Positions 1 through 10,399 of a stretch of DNA of 64,000 nt are shown piece by piece; the first letter of the stretch is position 1, and every line of letters begins with the position of its first letter. A program made the translations under genes and the position numbers. The notes below the pieces were generated by a model. It searched no databases, was not told the origin of the DNA, and was given only the letters and a program-made list of their open reading frames with translations. This DNA is from Lama guanicoe (lineage: Eukaryota), in assembly GCA_013239625.1 (NCBI GenBank), contig MU054187.1, positions 21,951,280 to 22,015,279 of the forward strand, in the 5' to 3' direction.

Positions 1-80
1 GGCTCAAAGAAGAGGCTCAGCTAGACCTCCCACAGATATTGCTGAATGAATGAATAAATGTGTTTAAAAATCAAATGTAA

Positions 81-216
81 TGAAAAGAGTTCTGAAGGTG
101 GATGTTGGTGATGGTTACACAACCATTTGAATGTGCTTAATACTACAGAACTGGAAACTTGAAAATGATTAAAATGATCAATTTTATGTGGATTTTATCA
201 CAGTTTTTTTAAAAAG
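81..216 (+). mobile_element. Old L1 (L1MB-like) 3' end fragment
   Basis: Resembles L1MB 3'UTR end (gttctg...ggtgatggttacacaac...gaatgtgcttaat); flanked by tcaaatgtaa direct repeats (71-80, 217-226). Confidence 0.7.
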
Positions 217-387
217 TCAAATGTAAATTCCTTTTATCTTAGCTGTTGTTTCATTATTCACTTCTCCCCTGTCATTTGAAAATAGGCATATTTTCCACAA
301 AACAGATAATTACAATCTGACTTAAAAGATGGATAGGGCCTTAGACAAGACTGTGGCACGAATGTGGGTTGGGTTTAAAGGCAGCAA

Positions 388-570
388 ATGTTGTGGTTAA
401 TTATAATGGCTTCTGGAATGAGACTGTCTAGATTCAATGCCTGGCTTTTTGTTTATGTATTGAGCCAAGTTATTTAATCTGTTTAAATCTCCTTTTCCTC
501 ATCTGTAAATTGAAGGTTCTAATATTAGCGTCACATAAGATTTTTGTAAGATAATCCATGTAAAAGAAAT
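388..570 (+). mobile_element. MIR SINE
   Basis: MIR core caagttatttaatct...ttttcctcatctgtaaattg. Confidence 0.7.
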
Positions 571-944
571 ACTATCATTCTTAGAAAACAATCAAAAAGA
601 TCAGGTACGGTTAGCAAGAAGCTATAAACCCCGAAAGTGACACAAAATGAAAAGTCTTCAGTATTAGCCCAACCCAGACCAGGCTGCAGCTACAAGCATC
701 TATGAACGATTTAATGCACCATCTTTCCTCTCTTTCTCCTAAGTATCGGGACACCATCTATACTGCATTTTTGGATGATGCTCCCAAGAATTCATGTGTG
801 TCCCAATCACTCTGGGAAGTAAATACTAAATAGATGAAGAACAAGCAATTTCCCCTTTGCTTTGAAATCTAGAAAGCCCTTATGCAACCAGAAGAGGAGA
901 TAACAAATCAATTTCAGACTGGCATTTTTGCTTGTCTTACTTAC

Positions 945-1000
945 CTCACTGGGGGAAAGTAACTACTCCTGAGAGCATTTTCTCAGCTTATCTTAGCCTG
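945..1000 (-). other. Possible further small exon (non-coding or stop-containing) of the minus-strand transcript
   Basis: Consensus GAG|gtaagt donor at 944 and catcacag/cag NAGNAG acceptor; stops in all three frames. Confidence 0.3.
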
Positions 1001-1079
1001 CTGTGATGCGAAAATGTAACTAGCAGCTTTGAGGAAAAGGATATTTCATGGGCATCATTGTTATCCAGAGGGTTTGTCT

Positions 1080-1210
1080 TGTAATAAACTTTCATGAAAA
1101 AGAATATGGAAACAAATATATGTATGTATATGTATGACCAAAACATTATGCTGTACATCAGAAACTGATGCTACATTGTACACTGACTATACTTCAATTA
1201 AAAAAAAATA
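1080..1210 (+). mobile_element. 5'-truncated lineage L1 3' end
   Basis: gaatatggaaacaaatatatgtatg...gctgtacatcagaaactga...gactatacttcaatt(A)n; homologous to the L1 tail at 15500-15673. Confidence 0.75.
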
Positions 1211-1368
1211 GAGATTGTCTAGGCAAGACTTCTATCACCATGCCTGGTTCATGGCAAGTGCTTGATAAATGTTAGCTGAGGTTATTAAAAATTCACTGAC
1301 TCAACCACGTGGAAATCCATTGGATTTTTTCCAGCCCTCTGGAAATGCATCACCAAAGAGGCCACTGA

Positions 1369-1518
1369 CTATATGCTGCCTCCAACAACCACATTGGGGC
1401 TACATCCATCAGGCTGCGAGCTGAGTGTAACGTCTGCATCTTCTGGGTGTAACTTGCGGAACACGCGCCATGACAGCGCCAAGGATGGACGCCATCCAGC
1501 CGATAAACGGTTCATTAA
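1369..1518 (-). CDS. Putative exon 6 carrying the stop (TAG at 1369-1371 in phase 0, TGA at 1409-1411 in phase 1)
   Basis: ttcattccattccacag acceptor; locally CpG-retaining unique sequence; overlaps ORF 1369..1608. Confidence 0.4.
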   Translation of the reverse strand, partial: LMNRLSAGWRPSLALSWRVFRKLHPEDADVTLSSQPDGCSPNVVVGGSI

Positions 1519-1964
1519 CTGTGGAATGGAATGAATTTGTGAAGTCACAGTATCTGATGCCTTCCTTGGGGTAGAGATAGAGCTGTCAGGGCTGACAGCT
1601 TCCACCATTTATTTTCTCAGCTGATCTTTTAGAGTTCCAGAAGCACTTTTTTGGGTCGCACCCAAGCATTTTCACCACCTTCCCCACTGTGCCAGTGAGC
1701 AAACCTTCAGTGTTTTGGCTTAGTTTTCATTCACCTGCCTCTCAGGTAAATATTCCGAGGAAGTACAAAAGTTGTTACAGCCATCAGGATACAGTGTGTG
1801 TTTTTTATTTCATGCCATTGTCCTGGAAATAATGAATTGTGTATATGTATAAAAGACAATACATTGACTTTGAATGTGTACTTGTAAGATTGCTACGTCC
1901 AACTTTGCATACAAATCAGGAAACATTTCCATTAACGTTTACATTTTTGATGCTCCAACATTAC

Positions 1965-2027
1965 CTGATAGACTTGCTGAAAATTTGGTCTGCGATAGAT
2001 TCTTTCTCTCCAAATATTTCTTCGGGC
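1965..2027 (-). CDS. Putative exon 5 (ARRNIWRERIYRRPNFQQVYQ or PKKYLERKNLSQTKFSASLS)
   Basis: cccatcag acceptor and CAG|gtaatg donor; 63 nt, open in all frames. Confidence 0.5.
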
Positions 2028-2432
2028 CTGATGGGTACATAGGTTTATTAAAAAAACATGTCTTGGGAACAATATACTATTATTGCCTGCTAATGGAGCA
2101 GAAAATCAGACATTCCTTGTGGGCAGACTCCGTAGGTGATGGACCCCTGAGAGTCTCTGATTCTGTCTTTCCATCAATCCTGCTCCCAGTGAGGGAACAG
2201 GAAGTCTGCCATTGCAATCGGGGCTGGGCACTCACTCACATCACTGGTAGTGTCGTCAGCCTGGCCAGGGCTTCCAGCTTGAGCCTTGATGGTCCCACGG
2301 CCTGAGTGCAGACCTCCTTCAATTCACACAGGCTGCGATGTTCTTGGAAAAAAGGGGAAGGGTGACCACTTTCCCTCTCTATGCATTATACTTGCTTGGG
2401 GCTGTCCCACCCACTACAGAAGTGCCTGTGCT

Positions 2433-2485
2433 CACACACACACACCCCTCCACACAAACACAGATACACACACCACACACACACA
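2433..2485. repeat. Imperfect (CA)n microsatellite
   Basis: Directly visible. Confidence 0.85.
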
Positions 2486-2841
2486 AGTCATCATCTCCAG
2501 GATGCTTCCCCAGCACCAGGGCTGTTTGGCCTTCGTACCGTGGGCAACTCAGGGTCCAGACGTCATCTTCCCTGGGAGTGTTTTTCCTTCCGTGGTTCAT
2601 TCTGGTTTTAATCAAGTGCCACACAGTTTGCGTGTTTTTGTAGACTTGAATCCCAAAGTGGTCAGTGTTTCTGTGTCTTTTCCAGAGGCAGATTTTCAGC
2701 TCTTAGCAACACGAATTCATCCTAACAGGCATGTGAGGTGTTGTCCAGCTCCACTCCTCCACACATGTGAGCTCAACATTCTTGTGGATTCCTTAAACGA
2801 AGGGGATTCCTAAATCCACTCACCAGCAGCGGCTCAGCCTC

Positions 2842-3213
2842 TGTATTAGTCGGTTAGGGCTTCTATTAGTACAGTACCACTGGCTGAGTGGCTTAAGCAA
2901 GACTTAACTGTCTCACAGTCCTAGAGGCTGGAAGCCCAAGGTCAAGACCAAGCTTCTTGGTAGCTCCTTGACTTGTGGCAGCGTAACTCGAACACTCTTG
3001 GTGTTCCCCTGTGAGTCTGTGTCCAAATCTCCACTTTTTATAAGAACATCAGTCACACTGGATTAGGGGCCCTCCATACTCCGCTATGACCTCATCTTGA
3101 TTATGTCTGCAACCACCTGATTTCCATATAAGCTCACATTCTAAGGCACCGGGGCTAAGACCCCAACATCCCCTTTTTGAGTGTGTGGGGAGAGACACAA
3201 ATTAACCATAACA
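2842..3213 (-). mobile_element. MaLR solo LTR (MLT1B/C-like)
   Basis: tgtattagt...tggcttaa...ctcacagtcctagaggctggaag...cataaca, the reverse-strand MLT1 signature. Confidence 0.8.
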
Positions 3214-3464
3214 CTACTTAGATGTCCTTTTGCATAATGTTTGTGTTCAATGACAAAGTGAAATTACGTTCTTCAGAAGCTCCTAAATATCTCCTATTTG
3301 GACACACACTTTAATTATTGTTACTTCCTTCTAAAGGACTTTATGGAACATACGGCAAGTTTTAATCCCTGCAGCAGAAATTTTGTAAAAATTAAAAAGA
3401 AGAGGGGGGCAAAAAAAGTGCACAATTTAGAGTTTCCATGTGTTTATGTTGTACATAAACATAC

Positions 3465-3513
3465 GTCTCTCACAAGAGGGAGGCATTTGTGGAGTATTTG
3501 TGTACGTGCCAAA
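3465..3513 (-). CDS. Putative exon 4 (FGTYTNTPQMPPSCER or LARTQILHKCLPLVRD depending on entry phase)
   Basis: Strong gtgtttatttttttcag acceptor and GAC|gtatgt donor; 49 nt of unique (non-repeat) sequence. Confidence 0.5.
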
Positions 3514-4169
3514 CTGAAAAAAATAAACACTCATCAAGCTACATTCATGTCCCGAATGTCTTCAGATGTATTTTGTTAGAAACCTTCGTGTGAGTCTCTT
3601 GCCCATCTTGTGTGCTTCACCAGCATGTTTGTTATTTTAGCATCTCAGTTACAAGTCATGCTCTTCTACAATTGGGGCAAAGCTATTTTTACATATATCA
3701 GAATATGACCTATTGCTACCAGGGTACCAAATTTCTATACTCTTAGGTAAAATAAAACTCTAATAGCTTTGTTAGCTAAAAAAAAAATGCTTTTTGTAGA
3801 AAGTAGTGCACAGATTTGATTTTGTGTCAATTCACTGAGTCTCTAAGGAGAAACAATTCATTTTCCAACTTCTCTCTTAAGTGTCTAATATTCCGGCACA
3901 TCTAGATTTCAGATGTGTTTCTTTTTAAAAAGAATTCTGAATTGACACTTCCTACAATTTTCCCTTGCTCTTCAAGGACAAGAAGCAAAGCAGCAGACTT
4001 GTACTGAAGTGACCCGGGCAGAGGGTTAGCCAAGCTCTACACTGTTCTCACAAATTAAATAGGATCATTAGGTTAAAGATCACAGGACCCAATGGACTGG
4101 TCATGATCACCCCGCCAAGTCCCCTTCCAGCTGAAGCTGTCTCTCCACTGCTCTCTGAGCACCACTGAC

Positions 4170-4550
4170 CACTTATTGGACTAAAGTGGTGGTGGTGGGG
4201 GTTACCCAGCTCAAATTTGGGCCGAGAAATGGCCTGGAATAAAGATTACTGTCCAAAGAGATAACCACAAGTAGGTGAGCCTATCCGTCAGACCTCCTTT
4301 ACAAGCCAGGCTAGACTAGATTACAAAGAGGATGGTCTAATAGTCAGAGAGACAGGAAGGAAATAGCACCCGGAGCCCACAAGGCGAAGACCTTGACGCC
4401 CGAAAGAGAGGAGGGAGAAGCTGGTCCCCAGGGCTGTCTGGATCTCGCCCAGCTCTTTGTTTCTATCTGTTTATGTGAACTCTTAGCCTCCCTGTTCTTA
4501 AGGTGGCCTGAGCTAGCCTTTCCTTTTTATGATCCAGAGTGCCTAGTATC
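4170..4550 (+). mobile_element. Highly diverged MaLR LTR (old MLT1-type)
   Basis: The 3' end (ccctgttcttaaggtggcctgagct...ccagagtgcctagtat) resembles old MLT1 termini; weak match. Confidence 0.35.
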
Positions 4551-4806
4551 CACATCATCAGAGATCACTTTATATCCATGAATATCTTTTGAGTCCTTCC
4601 TATTAGGTGCTGGGCTCTGGGCTGAAGACTTCCAGTCTTCCAGGAGTGCACAGAGAAATCCACAATGGATTGTTCTTTTCTTATCTAAACAAGGGACCAC
4701 TTAAATGTGTCTCTTCCATTAATATGGTGGCAGAACTGTATGTAGTCTTCATTTCTATATTCCTGAAAGACCCTGTAAGTGAATCACAAACATTTTGAGT
4801 CAGGGG

Positions 4807-5356
4807 TGTAAGAATATCTTCCCTCATGTGTCACAGTCACATGAACAACATGTGACTTGTGTGATCAGACCACCCAAGATGGCTGTTCTCTTGCTTTTGC
4901 TACGTCCCCTGCTAGACCCATCCCTGCCTCACCTGGCTGACCCTCCCTCTTAATGATGGAGCCAAATTAGTAAATGTCTAGTGCTTGCCCCAGGCCCCCG
5001 CTAGTGCTTGTTCTAATCTTTAGATCAGAACATCTCTACTTTGATAGCTTATCAAAAGGATGCTGGGGGACATGCCCCTCTGCTGATTTCCCTAATAATC
5101 GATAAGCCGACCTAACGTCAATTCCCCCTGACTGGTAAACTTCCCCTCTCCTGGGCAGTGAGGACAGCTGCCCTGTCCTACCTGCCATCTGTGTCCACAG
5201 TGGGGAGTCCCTCCAGGACCCTGTTTGCTTCAGACGTGTAAGGTCCCCTGTCCAATAAACCATTTATGTCTCTGACGTCATCTCCAGGTTCTTTCTTCCA
5301 CCTTGAGGCTGGGCAAGTTTAAGTCTTGCAAACCTATTGGGTGTAGTAGCCCGACT
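4807..5356 (+). mobile_element. ERV (ERV1-like) solo LTR in an intron of the minus-strand gene
   Basis: Starts TGTAAG, about 550 bp, AATAAA at about 5254 followed by a U5-like pyrimidine-rich segment; antisense to the host transcript. Confidence 0.6.
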
Positions 5357-5470
5357 CTTGTGGTCTCAGCTAAGACAGAATGGAACTGTTCAGTAGAACT
5401 CTAAGAATTCCTACATAATGTCATTATTTTTCTTCTTCAAAGTAAATGTAAATGAGAAATAAAGGCATAC

Positions 5471-5533
5471 GTCATAGTTCTGTGACCAAGTTTTTGCTAA
5501 CATGGATGATGATATTTTATTTAATCGTTGGAG
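5471..5533 (-). CDS. Putative exon 3 (LQRLNKISSSMLAKTWSQNYD)
   Basis: ctccag acceptor and GAC|gtatgc donor; 63 nt. Only the phase-0 frame is open, matching exon 2. Confidence 0.4.
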
Positions 5534-5554
5534 CTGGAGTTTGGGTAGACCATG

Positions 5555-5726
5555 CACTGGTTCCCTGATATGGTATGTTAGGGAATTCATTTCCTTGAAT
5601 CTCAATTTTGTCATCTTGAAAAATGTAGATAATAACCTTAAAAGACCTTTGGTGAGCATTGAAAAAAGCACATTTTTAAAGTGCTTATCATAGTACTTGG
5701 CACATGACTGATCAATAATTGTTAGC
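5555..5726 (+). mobile_element. MIR SINE
   Basis: ctcaattttgtcatcttgaaaaatg...aaagtgcttatcatagtacttggcacat...aataattgttagc. Confidence 0.7.
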
Positions 5727-5922
5727 GTCTTTCCTCTTCTCCTTCCCTTCACGTCTGCCTTTCCAATTCTTGGTATCAATAAAATCACATGCAGTCTTTA
5801 AAAGTCTACTTTGAAATTTTGCCTCAAGAACCACATCCTCAAACCTAAGTGGCAACATATTTTATTATCTTGAGTCCTACTTCATGGGACAATCATTACT
5901 TGTGTCACATATACTGGCTGAC

Positions 5923-6013
5923 CTTAAATGCAAACCAAAGAGAAACCATTTTCTCTCTGTGTCCTAAATAAGGTTTCAGATGAAGTACGGTGAAATCATT
6001 TTTAAATCTCTTT
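5923..6013 (-). CDS. Putative exon 2 (KRFKNDFTVLHLKPYLGHREKMVSLWFAFK)
   Basis: ccttgttgtag acceptor and AAG|gtcagc donor; 91 nt. Only one frame is open and it matches the phase 2 end of exon 1; ends in phase 0. Confidence 0.4.
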
Positions 6014-6499
6014 CTACAACAAGGCATGTGGTTGGGAAATGAGAAATATTTCTCTTCTAAAAATGGGACTCCTAAAGTATACAAGATACAGTTAATTCTT
6101 CCTGGTCACAAAAGGATCCTTCCCAGGATCTTTTCAGTGATAAGATCTTCGCCACACCTTTGCATTCTTTGACCCTTGCCAGCTATCCAGTGTCTCCAAA
6201 CATCTCATCCAAGCACTGGCTCTGACAGGTCTCAACGTTAGGCTAATTGACAAACCAGTCTGATTGACTGTAATAACATTAAGCTAAAGATGAAAATTAA
6301 AGAGACAATATTAAGCAAGTACTTAGACAAAGCTCTTTCAATACAAATTAAAACACAGTATGTTTGATTTAAAGCATGTATTATTTAGGGTCAGAAACTC
6401 TGAGGTTCAAAGCAAGGAACTGCTTGCTTACTATCTGTTCACACTTAGGCAAGTTACGCCAACCTGTTCAGCTACAAATCCACGTCCTGTGAATCCGTG

Positions 6500-7870
6500 T
6501 TCAGAGCAAATATCCCAGAGTTGTTTACACTTGCTGTCTCCCTCCTCACTCCCTTCTCTCCTTGGCTCACACTAATTAGCATTTTGTCTCCAATGAACCC
6601 CTCAAGTGGCATGATTTAAGACTACAACGACCTGATTAAATGAAGCACACGTCCCCTTGCCCTCACCTTACTTGGCATCTTGATGCATTCGATATGGTAA
6701 ACCATCCCGTTTTTTTAAAAAAAAAAAACACTTACTTCAACTGATTTCAAGGCCTCCACACTCAGTTTTCCTCCCAGTGTACTGCTGCCCCATATTAGCC
6801 TCACCAGCTGGCTTGTCTTCCTCTACCAGACCTTTTATGGATGGAGTTCCCCCACAGACCTATCCTTTGACTATTTCCCCTCCAGCTACACCTTCCACTT
6901 AGTTTATCTCACCCAGGATTTCAGCTTTAAAGGCTATGTACATGTTGAAGGCTCCCAATTTTTATTCTCCACTCGAGACCCCTCCCCAGACCCACAGCCT
7001 TTCCTGTCCCACTGTCTACTCAGCTTTGCCACTCGGATGTCTTAGGGGCAACTTAAGCTTTCATATGACCAAAAAGACCCACTGAGTTCTTAGTCTTCTC
7101 TATTCTCCGCTTTCTCTAGATCAGCATCACCTCCCACCTAATTGCTCAGGCGAAAAACTTAAAAATCACACCTGATTCCTCTTTTTCCCTAACACCTTCC
7201 GTGCAACCCTTGTCCAAGCCATCATGGAATCTTCCCTGAGCGATGACAATAACATCTCAACATGCCCTCCTGCCTCTATTCTGGCTACTCTGCTGTTGAT
7301 TGTCCACACGGACACTAGCATTGTCGATCTAAAGCATAAATCAGATCCTACGGCTCTCTCCATGAAATCCTCCAACCGCTTCCCGTGCAATTGATAAGAA
7401 GATCCAAACCTGCCCGCCAGGCCCTACGTGGCCTGGCTGCCGCCTTCCCCTTTGAACTCACTGGCCTCTTTTCCTGTTTTACTGCATTCCAGTATACTTC
7501 CATTTTATGTGTGTCCCTCAAGGGCTTCACAAGTGCTACTCCTTCTCCTTGGAATACATTCCTCTGAGATTTTCAAATGGCTCTTTCCTCTCATTGGAGG
7601 TCTCAGCTAAAATGATGCTACTTTATAAAGACCTTACCCTACGGTCCTAGTTAAAATTGCTCCCCCAGCGCTCTTTCTCCATCACTCTCTAGAGCATCAT
7701 TCTATTTTATTTCCTGCAAAGAACTTACCACTATTTGAAAAAATTACATTTACTTATGCTTTGGTGTATGGTATTTCTCTGGCTCCTAGAATGTAAGATT
7801 TTTTTGTATCTCCAGCACCTAGAACAGTGTCTGGCACACAGCAGGGGCTTCTCCCATTAAAAGTTGTCAG
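6500..7870 (+). mobile_element. L2 LINE 3' portion
   Basis: L2 hallmarks: ccactcggatgtct, cccacctaattgctcagg, tctaaagcataaatcagat, tgtatctccagcacctagaacagtgtctggcacacag. Confidence 0.8.
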
Positions 7871-8856
7871 TTGGCTGCCTGGATATTTCAACATCTCTGT
7901 AAGGTTGTGACAGAAACAAGACTTATATCTTAGGATTGTTTATAAAGTGCTTAGCTGGGCTTATAGAGAGATGTTCAGTAAATGTTAGCCTTATCATTAT
8001 TTAAATGTAATTTTTGGTCTAGAACATTTACCTACTAGTTATTAGTTACGCTGAATAGCTGTGGTGAAACCAACATTCTCAGACCTTGTTGGTAGAAACT
8101 GAATCCTCTTAGAAGATTACTGGATATTATGGAGCAAGAGCTTCAATCTGTTATGAAAAATCTGGGTAATTTTCATACCCTTTGATTCATAAATATCCAA
8201 AGAAAATTATATCTATATTTTCAAAAAAATAAACTTAATTTAAAAAGACATTCACCCAACATGATTTGTAATAGGATGAATCTAGAAAAAAACCTCAATA
8301 GGGTAATAATTAATACAATATAGTTATAAAATATATACAATAATATAGGAATTTTAAGTATATATTCTTAAGTTAAAAACTTGCACAAACTTGCACTATG
8401 GGAAGTGCATTCCCCTCAAATAAAAATCCATTGAAAAAATGGGAATAGAAGTAAACAGTCTTTTTTTTGTAATTTCAAACTTTTAAAAATTATTTCTATT
8501 ATCAGTAAATGAACAGAAGTACATATTCATAATAACTTTGACTAAAGCAGCTTTTTAGCTCAAACTTACATATCTAGTAATCAAGCTTTCATTTGTCAAT
8601 TACTTTTTAAATAGTGAAAGAATATAGAAAAGTACCAAAACTATTGTAACAAACAGCCATATTCTCATCATCCTCTGACAACTGTTAACAGTTTCTTATT
8701 TTAGAAAAATGACATCACTAAGACTTGTAAATGTGCAAATCTTCTTTGCTGATTACTAAGCATCTTTTTATAAATATTAATACTATTACTGTGTCTCTGT
8801 AACCAGTCAATCAAGTACCTTCAGGGCACTTAATTGAGCTACTCTCTCTTTGATTT

Positions 8857-9118
8857 ATTGATTGAGTTTAATGTATTTTTATTGAAGTATAGTCAGTTTA
8901 CATTGTTGTGTCAATTTCTGGAGTACAGCACAATGCTTCAGTCATATAAGAACATACATATATTCATTTTCATATTCTTTTTCACCTTAAGTTACTACAA
9001 GATATTGAATATTGTTCCCTGTCCTGTATAGTATACACTTGTTATCTGTTTTATATATATTAGTTAGTATCTGCAAATCTTGAACTCCCAATTTATCCCT
9101 TCCCACTCCATTCCCCTC
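8857..9118 (-). mobile_element. 5'-truncated lineage L1 3' end with TSD
   Basis: Antisense L1 3'UTR; 15-bp TSD ctctctctttgattt (8842-8856) / ctctttctttgattt (9119-9133). Confidence 0.85.
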
Positions 9119-9794
9119 CTCTTTCTTTGATTTTGATGGGAACTCTTGACCACATTCTTGGCTGACATACTTTCCCATTCACTACCATAGCCAGTCATTC
9201 CAAATATTTAACTCTCAAAATCTCAACCACTCTCTAATCTCTCCCTTTCATCAAACAACCTTAACTTCTACTTCAGTGAGAAAATGTAAGTCACTAAGCA
9301 CAAACAACAACTTCCCCCCATCACTCAGGACTGATATGCACCTGATATATACGCAGGTTGTTTGCATCAGTTGGTTCCCCATCCTTGATGCCCCCAGGTT
9401 GAACAGATTCATCAATATTTTGAATATCGTTTCTGTCACCACTTCAAAACTTACCAATATTTTTATTCATCCTTACCTCTGTCTCTTGTCTCAGAAGAAA
9501 ATTTCACTTCTGGCAATAGCTAATTTCTGTATTCTACTTCTTTATAATTTTGCATCAATAATTATTCTGCCTTCCTCTTTATTTTTAACTTTTTCATCAT
9601 CACCGACTCCTTTTACTTTGTGTGTAACTTACTCAAACCTTCCTCAATATTGAAAAAAAAAGAAGAAGAAAAATTAATCATGAGCACCTGAGAGCTCACT
9701 TTCATTTATAAAACTAAGAGAGCGCAGGAACCGACTGATTTTTATCAAGAAATCTGAGGCATGAAAAGAAATAGGGAAGGTGGGTTTCGACTGC

Positions 9795-10235
9795 AAGAGA
9801 CAAGAGACACAACAATCAAATGAACTGCTTGGAACTTGTTTGGATCCTGATTCCAGAAAACTAATTATAAAAGGACATTTTGGGGTTTTTTTTTGTGAGA
9901 CAGTAGGAAAAATTTTAGTATAGACTGGGTATGTATTAAGTATAACAAGGAGTTACTGTTAATTTTGTTGTATATAATTATGACACTATATTTATAAAGG
10001 AAAAATACATTTTTTTTAGTGAAGTACAGTGAAGAATATGGAGATTAAACAACATGATTCTGGGATTTGCCACAAAATAATTCAGAAAAGAGAGTAAGAG
10101 AAAGAAAAAAATGTAGTGAATGGAACAACATAATTATTCATAATTGTTTAGTCTGAATAAACTGTGATGGTTCATTTATTATTCGTTTCACTTTCATGCA
10201 TGTTTGAAATTTTTTCTTCAAAAAGTTGTTTTAAA
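9795..10235 (+). mobile_element. Old L1 (L1MC4/5-like) 3' end
   Basis: ttggatcctgattc...aaaaggacattttggg...gactgggtat...catgtttgaaatttttt pattern. Confidence 0.65.
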
Positions 10236-10399
10236 GACTGATAAGAACAGAGATGTTTCCTTTAACTTCATTTCCCTTCAAGGTTCATTCTCATCTCTCT
10301 TCCTGTCTCTTGATATTTTTAGAAACAGCTGTTTGGCTAATCACCTCCTCTTCCTTATTTACTTTCAGCAAAATCAAAACCAGATTTTCACACACACCA

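Noticed and set aside
1965..2027. W..RPNFQQVYQL resembling a protein-kinase C-lobe end
   Set aside because: No other kinase motifs (HRD, DFG, Gly-loop) are found in any candidate upstream exon; treated as coincidence.
1839..2813. Overlapping plus-strand ORFs of 143-175 aa
   Set aside because: Partly (CA)n-derived His/Thr runs with no recognisable domain; splice signals favour minus-strand exons.
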